A stretch of 56,181 nt of DNA from a virus (Duplodnaviria > Caudoviricetes). The stretch spans positions 1-56,181 of IMG/VR virus record IMGVR_UViG_3300010412_000017. One strand, given 5' to 3'. The notes below the pieces were generated by a model, which was not told where the DNA came from, searched no databases, and saw only the letters and a program-made list of their open reading frames with translations. Position 1 is the first letter of the stretch; each line of letters opens with the position of its first letter. Positions 1 through 8,200 of this stretch are shown here, in pieces. Made by a program: the position numbers and the translations under genes.

Positions 1-144
1 GAAGCTGTTTTCCGTGACGCCGTTGCGGATCATGCCGTCGTTGTCAAAGGTCCGGGTGCCCGCGGTCTCGTCGACCAGGGTCAGGCCGGCGGCCACGATC
101 TTGGTGGTCGTGACGCTGACCACGCGGAAGAAGCCGTTGTTGGC
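1..144. repeat. Terminal overlap copy 1 (identical to 56038-56181); circular assembly junction
   Basis: gaagctgttttcc...ccgttgttggc is the same at both ends, and the tail-tube reading frame is continuous across the join. Confidence 0.97.
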
Positions 145-549
145 AGCGTTGCTGAAACCGGCGGCCAGCAGCCACATGCCGGGGACCACGCCGTCGGTGA
201 CGAAGTCGCCCGCGGTGGTGTTGTAGCTGTTGTCGGCGTTGGCGGCGGTGATGTCGGTCTCGCTCACGGCCACAGCGGTACTCCAGGCGCTGTCGAACAG
301 GGCGCCCAGGAGGAAGTCGTCGTAGGTGCCGTAGCTCATCTCGAAGTTGAGCGGGCCCGAGGCCTCGGCGTCCACCTGGACCAGGTCGGTGATCTGGCGG
401 TCGCTGCGGATCTCGTTGCTGACGATGTTGGCGATGTTGAAATTCAGGCCCTCGCCGGTAAAGCGCAGCGAGGTGAACGCGACGGCGGGAATAACCCCCC
501 AGGTCACCTCGTTGGCGTAGGCCATCTGGACGCGGCTGCTGTCACTCAT
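1..549 (-). CDS. Major tail tube protein, N-terminal part (continues at 56037..55423; about 387 aa in total)
   Basis: Not in the ORF track. ATG at 549 after GGAG; reads MSDSSRVQMAYANEVTWG...SNEIRSDRQITDLVQVDAEASGPLNFEMSYGTYDDFLLGAL, a typical tail-tube N-terminus, in frame with ORF 55423..56160. Confidence 0.88.
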   Translation of the reverse strand, partial: MSDSSRVQMAYANEVTWGVIPAVAFTSLRFTGEGLNFNIANIVSNEIRSDRQITDLVQVDAEASGPLNFEMSYGTYDDFLLGALFDSAWSTAVAVSETDITAANADNSYNTTAGDFVTDGVVPGMWLLAAGFSNAANNGFFRVVSVTTTKIVAAGLTLVDETAGTRTFDNDGMIRNGVTENSF

Positions 550-561
550 TCTCTTGTCTCC

Positions 562-993
562 TTACAGGTAGGCGTCCCGGAAGTACGGGATGTCTACGTT
601 GGTTTGGTTCCAGCCGCCGTCGATCTTGCCTAGCTCGATCACGCTGGCGGCCCGGCAGGTAATGCCGCTGAACGCCTGGGCCCGGAATATCGCCGCAGCG
701 GTATCCGCGAGCACACGTCCTGCGGCGTGGCCGCTCCGCATCGGGGTGTAGATCTGGATCATCACCAGCCCGAAATTGCGGAACTGTTTAGTGCCTGCCC
801 CACCGAGGCTGGCCTGCTGTTCTCGCGCACCGCGCACTACTAACCGGCACCAGGAGCTGTCGTCGGGTTGGGCGACGATGGCCTTGGATGTCGGGTCTAT
901 CACTGGGCCGTCGGAGCCCATCGCCACAGGCGTCGCGCTCCAGTTGTCCAGAAACCGTGTTTCAATGGCTGCCAGCTCGGCCTGGTACGTCAC
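562..993 (-). CDS. Tail terminator protein
   Basis: 143 aa between neck and tail-tube genes; W-x-R...G...IQIYTP...G pattern. Confidence 0.75.
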   Translation of the reverse strand: MTYQAELAAIETRFLDNWSATPVAMGSDGPVIDPTSKAIVAQPDDSSWCRLVVRGAREQQASLGGAGTKQFRNFGLVMIQIYTPMRSGHAAGRVLADTAAAIFRAQAFSGITCRAASVIELGKIDGGWNQTNVDIPYFRDAYL

Positions 994-1394
994 AGCAGCC
1001 CCCGTCCCGCGAGGGCCACCTTGAGCACGCCGTCGGGCGCCTTCTTGGTGCTATGGCCCTCCTCTATCGGCACCGCGTAGGGGAGGGCGTTGCTCAGGTA
1101 GAGCACTGGGTACTTCCCCAGGTTCAGGCCCGGCGCCGGCGGTGGCGGCAGTTCGGTCCCGTGCTCTATGTCGCCGTCGTGCGGTGGCGGTACCCCCTCA
1201 TCCGGCGTGTTCTCGTTCAGGTTCCAGGCGGCCCGGTAACGCCCGGTGTGCACCGGGGCCAGCTCGGTCACGTCGGACCAAAGGTCGAGGCCCAGCTTCT
1301 TGACGGCGTCGGCCGTCGGGATGCCCAGCTCGGCGACGATCTCGTTGGCCGCGGCGCTGATGTCGTGCAGGTCAAACTCGACGCCGTCGGCCAT
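990..1394 (-). CDS. Neck/tail-completion protein (HK97 gp10-like)
   Basis: Start trimmed to MADGVEF (TGATG overlap with the upstream gene); APVHTGRYRAAW and NALPYAVPIEEGHS motifs. Confidence 0.8.
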   Translation of the reverse strand: MADGVEFDLHDISAAANEIVAELGIPTADAVKKLGLDLWSDVTELAPVHTGRYRAAWNLNENTPDEGVPPPHDGDIEHGTELPPPPAPGLNLGKYPVLYLSNALPYAVPIEEGHSTKKAPDGVLKVALAGRGLL

Positions 1395-1789
1395 CAGGCG
1401 GCCTCCGCGGTGGGCCGGCGCACGACCAGCTTCCAGAGCAGAGCCGGGCCCGTGTCGGTCGGCGCGACGCCGGTGACCTTGACGATGTCGTAGTCGTCGG
1501 TGCCGTCGGCGATCCGCTGCCCGATCTGGGGGACCACGCTCGGGATCTCGGCCGGGTCGATCAGCACCACGGCATCGGTGGCCCGCACCATCGGGTCCTC
1601 CAGGTCCTGCCGCTTGGGGCTGGTCAGCACCGCGTTGACGGTGTGCTGGGTTGTGGTGCGGGTGACCGCGCCGGTGGCCGGGTTGTAGCTGCCGGCGGTC
1701 TGCTCGTAGAGGGTCATCGCGGTCTTGAGGTTGTCGACCGTAGCGAAGGCGCCGGTCACCTGGGCGGCGATGGTCTCGCGCAGGCCCAT
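1394..1789 (-). CDS. Head closure / head-tail joining protein
   Basis: 131 aa, YNPATG motif, located between adaptor and gp10-like genes. Confidence 0.7.
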   Translation of the reverse strand: MGLRETIAAQVTGAFATVDNLKTAMTLYEQTAGSYNPATGAVTRTTTQHTVNAVLTSPKRQDLEDPMVRATDAVVLIDPAEIPSVVPQIGQRIADGTDDYDIVKVTGVAPTDTGPALLWKLVVRRPTAEAA

Positions 1790-2298
1790 CAGGTGCGCAC
1801 CACGCGCATGGTGAAGGGCGAGCCCTCCAGGTAGAAGGCGATGATCGCCTGCACGCTGTCCGGCGTGCCCTGGGCCTCCTGGGTGGCGCTTTGCTGGTTG
1901 GTGTCAAACTCCAGCTCGATCACGTCCACCTTGATCGCGCTCAGGCCGGAGCTGCCGGGCGGCGCGGTGGTGTCGCCGTCGCGCAGCAGCACAAAGGCCC
2001 ACTCGGCGGTAGCGCGTTCCAAAAAGCGGGGGATGGTCGTGGCGTCCAGGGCGTAGCCGTCCCGGTCGTAGACGCCGTCGCGGGGCCAGCGCAGCGCGCC
2101 GGTCTCGTATTCCTTGGTGCCCTTCCAGTCGAGAAGGTCCAGGAGCATGGTGGCGTTCTTGATCGCCTGCTCCTTGGTGGGGTCATCGGCAGCGTCCCAG
2201 GCGGCATTGTCTACCCGGTTGGCGTGGTAGGTCTCCGCATCAGCCAGGCTGATGTAGCCGTCGGCGTCAGCGCCTCCTGGGGTCGTGTCGATGGCCAT
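1789..2298 (-). CDS. Head-tail adaptor (DnaT-like family)
   Basis: ADGYISLADAETYH...KEQAIKNAT...ALRWPR...IP motif set. Confidence 0.8.
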   Translation of the reverse strand: MAIDTTPGGADADGYISLADAETYHANRVDNAAWDAADDPTKEQAIKNATMLLDLLDWKGTKEYETGALRWPRDGVYDRDGYALDATTIPRFLERATAEWAFVLLRDGDTTAPPGSSGLSAIKVDVIELEFDTNQQSATQEAQGTPDSVQAIIAFYLEGSPFTMRVVRT

Positions 2299-2307
2299 CT
2301 AGTGCCC

Positions 2308-2556
2308 TCATGCCTTGCCGACCGGCTTCTTGCTGCCTCGGTCGAAAATGACGCCGTTCTGCAGGTAGGCCTTCAGGCCCTCGTGCCAGACCATGCTGAA
2401 AGGGCGCCGGGGGTTGAACACGGGCGCGGCAGCCGCGGCTTTGTCCTTGGCCGGTGCGGTTGCTTCGGCCTCGGCGGGCTCCGCCTGGGCGGGCTCTGCG
2501 TCGCTCAGGGTGGGGTACTCCTCGGCGGCTTGATCGGTGGTTTTGCGTGTTGCCAT
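2308..2556 (-). CDS. Small hypothetical head-region protein
   Basis: 82-aa ORF with GGAGGAG RBS; low-complexity N-terminus, YLQNG motif at the C-terminus. Confidence 0.65.
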   Translation of the reverse strand: MATRKTTDQAAEEYPTLSDAEPAQAEPAEAEATAPAKDKAAAAAPVFNPRRPFSMVWHEGLKAYLQNGVIFDRGSKKPVGKA

Positions 2557-2576
2557 GTCTCCTCCAGGGTACGGTG

Positions 2577-2608
2577 AAAACCGCAGCCCCCCGCGAAGGG
2601 GGCCACGG
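2577..2608 (-). terminator. Intrinsic terminator after capsid/decoration genes
   Basis: Minus strand ccgtggccccct-tcgc-ggggggctgcgg followed by TTTT. Confidence 0.6.
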
Positions 2609-2624
2609 GTCCGGGGTTAACGCC

Positions 2625-3008
2625 TTAGTTGCGCAGGCTGATGGTCGTCACAAACGTCGGGGTCGCCGTGCCGCCAATGGTCCAGCTCGCACGGATGTAC
2701 TCGTGCTCGCTTTCAAAGGCCAGCTGGTGTTCCACCGGGTCTGCGCTGTCATCGAGCTGCGGGAACGAGAACAGCGCCTCCTCCTCGCCGCCGAAGGCTC
2801 CGGTGTCGGAGCCCTCGATCACGACGTCGAGGGTCGGGGTGGTGCCGCTGATCGTGTCCGCGTGCAGGTTGATGTCGAACTTGGCGCCCTTGCCCACCTT
2901 CAGGCCAGAGCCCGCGCCGGTGGCGGTGATGCTCTGGTCCTCGGTGGTCAGGAGGCCGAGGACGTCGAAGGTGCCCTTGCGGCGCTGTACGTAGTCAGGT
3001 AGTGCCAT
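2625..3008 (-). CDS. Probable capsid decoration / minor head protein
   Basis: 127-aa beta-rich protein directly after the capsid gene (ISGTTPTLDVVIEGSD...YIRASWTIGGT). Confidence 0.6.
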   Translation of the reverse strand: MALPDYVQRRKGTFDVLGLLTTEDQSITATGAGSGLKVGKGAKFDINLHADTISGTTPTLDVVIEGSDTGAFGGEEEALFSFPQLDDSADPVEHQLAFESEHEYIRASWTIGGTATPTFVTTISLRN

Positions 3009-3044
3009 GGTCGCTACTCCTTTTTCCTGTTACCGATCCACCGC

Positions 3045-3962
3045 TTACGCGATGGCGTTGGTGATGCCGTAGAGACGGGCCGCGCAGTCGCGGGATGCCA
3101 GCACCAGGCTGATGTCCCATTCCACACGGGTCCGCAGCGCGGGCTTACTGTCCAGCTCGCCCAGGTCGCGGGCCATCAGGCCGCTCTCGGTCTGGATGCC
3201 GAAGAGGTCCTCCTCGGCGTCCGCGCTTCCGAAACGCACGGCGTAGATGCTCGTGGTGTCGAAGGTCGCATCGCCTGGGTCCTCGTCGAAGTCCAGGATG
3301 TCGGTGTGGGTCTCGTCCTTGCCCACGTTGAGCAGCGGGACGCCGGCATAGGTGGTCACCTGGCGGCCGAAGGCGTCGGTCGTGGTGTTCACCTGGGTGT
3401 CGGCACGGAGCAGCTTGGTCAACAGCTGGTGACCGCCGTCGCCACACAGGATGGCGTTGGCGCCTGGAACCGCCCGCAGCAGGTCGTCGAGCATGTCCTG
3501 CGTCAGGGCTGCACCACCGGAGCCGGCCAGGATCTTCTGGCTGCCGGTCAGGCGTGCGTTCAGGCCGTCGAACTCGCGGGGGTCGGACTGGCTGTTGCCG
3601 TCAAACACCATGCGGTTCAGGTAGCGGGCCATCGCCTTGACCTTGAGGGCCTCGTGCGCTGCGCGTACCTGGGGGCCGCGGGTGCGGATGATGTGGCTGT
3701 CAACGTCCAGGTCGCCACCTGCGATGCGCAGGGTCTCGGTCTGGGGGTTGATCACGCCAGTGCTTTCGCTGAAGCCTTCGTTCACGCCACGGAAGGCCAC
3801 GCCCGGCAGGGCCCCTTCCATGTTGTAGCTGTAGGCGTTTCCGCGGATGTTGAGAAAGTCTACGCGCTCGAGGATCGGGCTGTTCTGAACATAAACCTCG
3901 ATGATGCCCGCACGCAGCTGGTCCTGGGCCAGCTTGCTGGCCTCCTGGAGAAGCAGTGCCAT
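3045..3962 (-). CDS. Major capsid protein
   Basis: 305 aa after the scaffold gene; LPGVAFRGVNEG, GGDLDVD, EFDGL, RTRVEW...AARLYGI motifs. Confidence 0.9.
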   Translation of the reverse strand: MALLLQEASKLAQDQLRAGIIEVYVQNSPILERVDFLNIRGNAYSYNMEGALPGVAFRGVNEGFSESTGVINPQTETLRIAGGDLDVDSHIIRTRGPQVRAAHEALKVKAMARYLNRMVFDGNSQSDPREFDGLNARLTGSQKILAGSGGAALTQDMLDDLLRAVPGANAILCGDGGHQLLTKLLRADTQVNTTTDAFGRQVTTYAGVPLLNVGKDETHTDILDFDEDPGDATFDTTSIYAVRFGSADAEEDLFGIQTESGLMARDLGELDSKPALRTRVEWDISLVLASRDCAARLYGITNAIA

Positions 3963-4018
3963 ATCGTGTCTCCTTGTCGGGCGTCCATCGCCCGGTCAAT
4001 AGTCAGGGTCCGCGGGTG

Positions 4019-4765
4019 TCACTCGTTTGCGTGCGCAGCACGCATCCTGTCGACGCCTCGCAGGGTTTGGTTCCCCTGGCCAGCACCACTGTGCCCGGAG
4101 TAGTCTTTGCCGGCACCGCCGCCTTTCGAGGGCTGGAACAAATGCCGCGCTCCGCCCTTGAGTTCTTCCATGAATTCGCCCACGGTCTGGCTGCTCTTGC
4201 CGTCCGACCCGTAGAGCACGTTGCCCTCGCCATCCTTTGCGACGACACCATCGCCCTCCAGGTAGAACCGCTCGCGGCCCCGTCGGACGATGTCTGGTAG
4301 CGCGTCAGGCAGGGCCCCTGCCCGTGTCGCTTCACTGCTGAGCGCGTTCTCGATCAGGACGACCTCCAGCCGGCCTTTCAACGCGTCGCGCTCCTTGGAA
4401 ATGTTGCCCAGCTCCTCGGCGTGGGTCTCCTGCATCTTGCCGATGCGCTTGTTCAGCTCGGCCTGGATCAGCTCCTCGACCTTGTCCTCGTCGATGGCCT
4501 TCTTGCGCTGGCCTTTCTTGTGCTCCTCCACCAGGGCTTTCAGCTCCTCGGTGGACAGGTCGCCGATGGCCTCCTGGACCTCGCCGAATTTGCCCTTATA
4601 GGTGCGGCGCTCCTCGCGCTCGTGCTCCAGAGCAGACTTCAGACCCGTGACGTCCTCGATGTCGTCGGCGTCAAACTTGTAGCGGCCGTCGCTCTGTTGC
4701 TTGTAATGCTCGCGCAGCGCTTCCGGGATCTCGTCGAGGGTCTTGTAGAAAGCCTTTAGTGCCAT
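4019..4765 (-). CDS. Capsid scaffolding protein
   Basis: Coiled-coil, charged 248 aa; LDEIPEALREHY..., GLKSALEHER, HLFQPSKGGGA. Confidence 0.8.
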   Translation of the reverse strand: MALKAFYKTLDEIPEALREHYKQQSDGRYKFDADDIEDVTGLKSALEHEREERRTYKGKFGEVQEAIGDLSTEELKALVEEHKKGQRKKAIDEDKVEELIQAELNKRIGKMQETHAEELGNISKERDALKGRLEVVLIENALSSEATRAGALPDALPDIVRRGRERFYLEGDGVVAKDGEGNVLYGSDGKSSQTVGEFMEELKGGARHLFQPSKGGGAGKDYSGHSGAGQGNQTLRGVDRMRAAHANE

Positions 4766-4825
4766 ATGTGCCGTGTCTCGCTTTTGGGTGGTGGGTGGCT
4801 GAAATTTAACAGGTTGTCGGCGGTT

Positions 4826-5206
4826 TTACACCCCCCCTTGAGCCGCCTCCCGTTCGATGATGCCCGCCAGGTCGCCCTGGCTCCTCGCCGAGGCCTCAAG
4901 CTGGCGCCGGTAGGCGTCGTAGGTGGCCTGGATCTCTGGCATGCCGTCGTTGATCCGGTCCAGGCGGATGGTGCTCGCCAGGTCGGTCAGCTGCCAGCCG
5001 TCCGGGGTCTCGGTCACGGTGGCCGGGTAGCGGTGCAGCGGGAAGGCGCCCGGCAGGGGCTCCAGCCAGTTGGCGGTTGCCAGGACCAGGTCGCCCTCGG
5101 TCTCGCCGGCGCCGACGATCAGCACCTCGAACTCGGGGCTGTCGGCGAAGGTGAGCCGCAGCCCGTGGGCGTTGGCCTCCTCGATCAGGTCGGTTGTCTC
5201 GCTCAT
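4826..5206 (-). CDS. Acidic hypothetical protein; candidate immunity partner of the MuF fusion
   Basis: 126 aa with ATGA overlap on the MuF stop; function inferred from position only. Confidence 0.6.
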   Translation of the reverse strand: MSETTDLIEEANAHGLRLTFADSPEFEVLIVGAGETEGDLVLATANWLEPLPGAFPLHRYPATVTETPDGWQLTDLASTIRLDRINDGMPEIQATYDAYRRQLEASARSQGDLAGIIEREAAQGGV

Positions 5207-8200
5207 GAGTATTTGGCCTCGCGGACGACCTCGTCCAGGGACCGGCCGTCAGGCCACTGAGTATACCCGTGTTTTTCCCGCAAGAAGCGGATAAACCGCG
5301 CCTTTCCGCCTTTCGGTACGATGAAGGCGTCGAAGTTGTCGAACAACGAGCTGCCGCCTTTCAGGATGGTCTCGTTGCTGCCGTTCCGGGCCGCCTGGCG
5401 CATCTCCTCGATGCTCGACTTGCGGTTGCGCAGGATGTAGGCGGTGGTGTCGGTGCGGCCGAATTTGTCGCCGTCGTAGCTGATGGCGTCCACCCTGGCC
5501 GCCTCGCGGGCCTTCCATGTCAGGCCGACGTGGCTCTCGGCGTTGTCCACGGTCTTGATGCGGGTAAAGAAAAAGTCCGCTCCGCCGGTGCCCAGGTCGC
5601 TTTCCGGGCTCATGCCCTTGGGGATGATGCCCAGGCGCAGCTTGTCAGTCGTCGGCGCCATGCGTCCGCCCGAGGACAGGATCTTGTCGATGCTCTCGAT
5701 GTAGCCGTTTATGCCGCTGCTGTCGTAGAGGTGATGGTAGAGGCGGTAGTCGCGCTCGAAGCGCGCCCAGCCGGGGTCGCCCAGCAAGTCGGCCCGGAAG
5801 CGGTGCACGCGCCCGGTCTCGAAGGCGCCGCGGCTACCGGCCGGGTCGTAGAAGCCGCTTTCCTCGATGTCGTAGCCCAGCTCACGGCTGATCCAGCTCC
5901 GCCCGATCTCGACGCGCTCCTCGGGGGTCTTGCCCTTGGCGATCTTTTTCTCGAAGTCGCGCCAGTTGGTTTTCCGGGCATAGGCCAGCTGGGTGAGGTA
6001 CAGCTCCTCCTCCATGGCCGCCGTCGGCAGGGCGGTGTCGATGCCGGTGGCCTCGTCCAGGGCCTCCACGGCCCGGTTGGCTGCCCCCACGTCCTGGCCC
6101 TTGACGCGGATCTCGACGCGGCCCCTCATGGCCGCCGCGGTGTTGCTGTCCCAGACGCGGATGGTGGTGCCGTCGGGCAGGGTGGTCTCGTAGGCCTTCA
6201 GGCCGGTGCTGCCGCGGTAGCCGCCGGCCTTCTTGGTGACGTGGCCGCGGCTGAAGTCGCCGGCATCGAACTCGGCGGCGACCGGGGTCCAGGTTGGCCC
6301 GGTCTGGCCGACCACCTTGGGCGCCGGTAGCTTGATGCCCGCAAAGTTGCCGCTGGTCGGCGGGGTCCACACCGCGGTCTTGCCGGATCCGCGGGCGGCC
6401 GCGGTCTCCAGGGCGTCCAACCATGGCTTGTAGTGGCGCTCCAGGTCGGCGCGCTGGGCCGTGGTGTAGGCGCCCTTGCGGATCAGGGCGGTCATGTCGG
6501 CGTGGGCCTTTTTCCAGGCCTCCAGGGCCGCCTGGACACGCTCGACGTCTTTTAGCTCCAGCGCCTCGCTGCGGTTGGCCCGGTAGGCGATCCCCTTGAT
6601 CGCGGTCACCAGCTTGTTGTCCAGGGCCTCGTGGTCCAGGCCGATGGCGGTGGTCTTGTTGGCGCTGACCGAGGCCTCGAACTTCGACAGCGCGTCGCCT
6701 CTGAGCTTCATGGTGGCGACCGTGTACTTGGCGCTGCCGGTGGTCTCGTGGTGGATCAGGATCTGCTGGTCCTCGATGGCGTCGTAGTCGCTGCGGATGG
6801 AGTAGCCGGTGGCGCGGGCGTTGGTCACGCGCTTGTACTCCTCGTTGCTGACTCGCTTGCCCAGGTCCGGGGGCGGCGGCGCCTTGGCCTCGCGCACCAG
6901 GTGCGGGTAGCGCTTCTTGAGATCGTCGCGGCGAGCTTTGAGGATCGTCGCTAACTTTTCACGCTCCGGCCTGGCCCGCGGGCCGTACTTCTCGACCAGG
7001 TCGTCGATCTCGCTGTCGGTGATGCGCACGATCTGGCTCACGCCGGCCTCGATCTTGGCCTCGGGGATGTCCTTGAACACCGCCGCGGCCTGCTTGTTGG
7101 TGCTGCCGTTGCGCAGGCTCTGCAGCTCGTCCACGGTCGTGGTGAAATTCGCGCCCTTGGCCGTGCCCTGGGCCCGGTAGCGAAGGCCGCCACCCACGTC
7201 GATGCGCAGGGCCCGGCCGGCAGCGGTCTTGGCGATGTTGTCGTAGCTCAGGCCGACGACGTCCCAGTCGGCCAGCCAGGCGTCGGCGGCGAAGCCCTCG
7301 TAGGTGCCTTCCAGCTTCGCCATTTTCTCGGCCCCGCCGGCCTTCTTGAGGCCCTCGATCCAGCGGCTGGCGACGCCGATCTTGCCGGCCCGGTCGCCGG
7401 CTGCCGCGCCCAGCTTGATGATGCGCATGTCCGGGGCCTCGATGCCGGCCAGGCGGTAGAGCTTGGCGGTGAGGACCTCGTTCAGCGCCACGTCCTCGCT
7501 GGCGGTGTACTTGACCAGCCACTCCTGGCCCGCCTCGTCCTTGAACACCGCGCCAGGGACCGATCCGCCGGGCTTTGGCTGGCTGTAGGTCCAGCCCTTC
7601 ATGTCGAGAACGGCGTCCACGTCCGCCTGGGCGGCGGCAGCGGCCTTTGCGGCCTTCACCTCGGCCTTGACCTCGGCCACCTCGGCGGCGGCCGCAGCGG
7701 CGCCCTCCTCGGCGACCTGGGTGACGACGTCCTTGAGGTCCTTGATCGCGCTGTCGGCCGACTTCTTGCCCTTTGGGCTCAGGAACTTGTAGGCCTTCTC
7801 CTGGGCCTTGGTGGGCTTGGCGCCGTAGGCGACGGCGTTAATGTAGCCGTCTACATTGTCGTTCAGCGCCTCGATCTGGTCGGTGAGGGCGGCCTTTTCG
7901 CTGGGCGTCAGGAAGTTGAACACCTCGCTCTGCTTGGGCGTCGGGGCCTCGCCCGAGACCAGCTTTTTCTTGTAGCCGGACAGGACCGCGCTCTTTTCGG
8001 CCTGGGCCTGGGCGGCGGAGGCCAGCTCCTTGGCCTTGGCGAGCTTGCGGTACGGGCTCAGGGTCTTGAGCACCGGGTCGGTCTCCAGGTCCTGCAGGGC
8101 CTTCGCCAGCTTGGTCTTGCCGGTCGGGTTGGCGAGGGTGTCGGCGATCTCCTCGGCGGCCTTGGCGTTGGCGGCGGCCAGCTCGGCCTGCTTGGCCGCG

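Noticed and set aside
1-144. Physical direct terminal repeat of the virion DNA
   Set aside because: It falls in the middle of the tail-tube gene, so an assembler circular overlap is more likely
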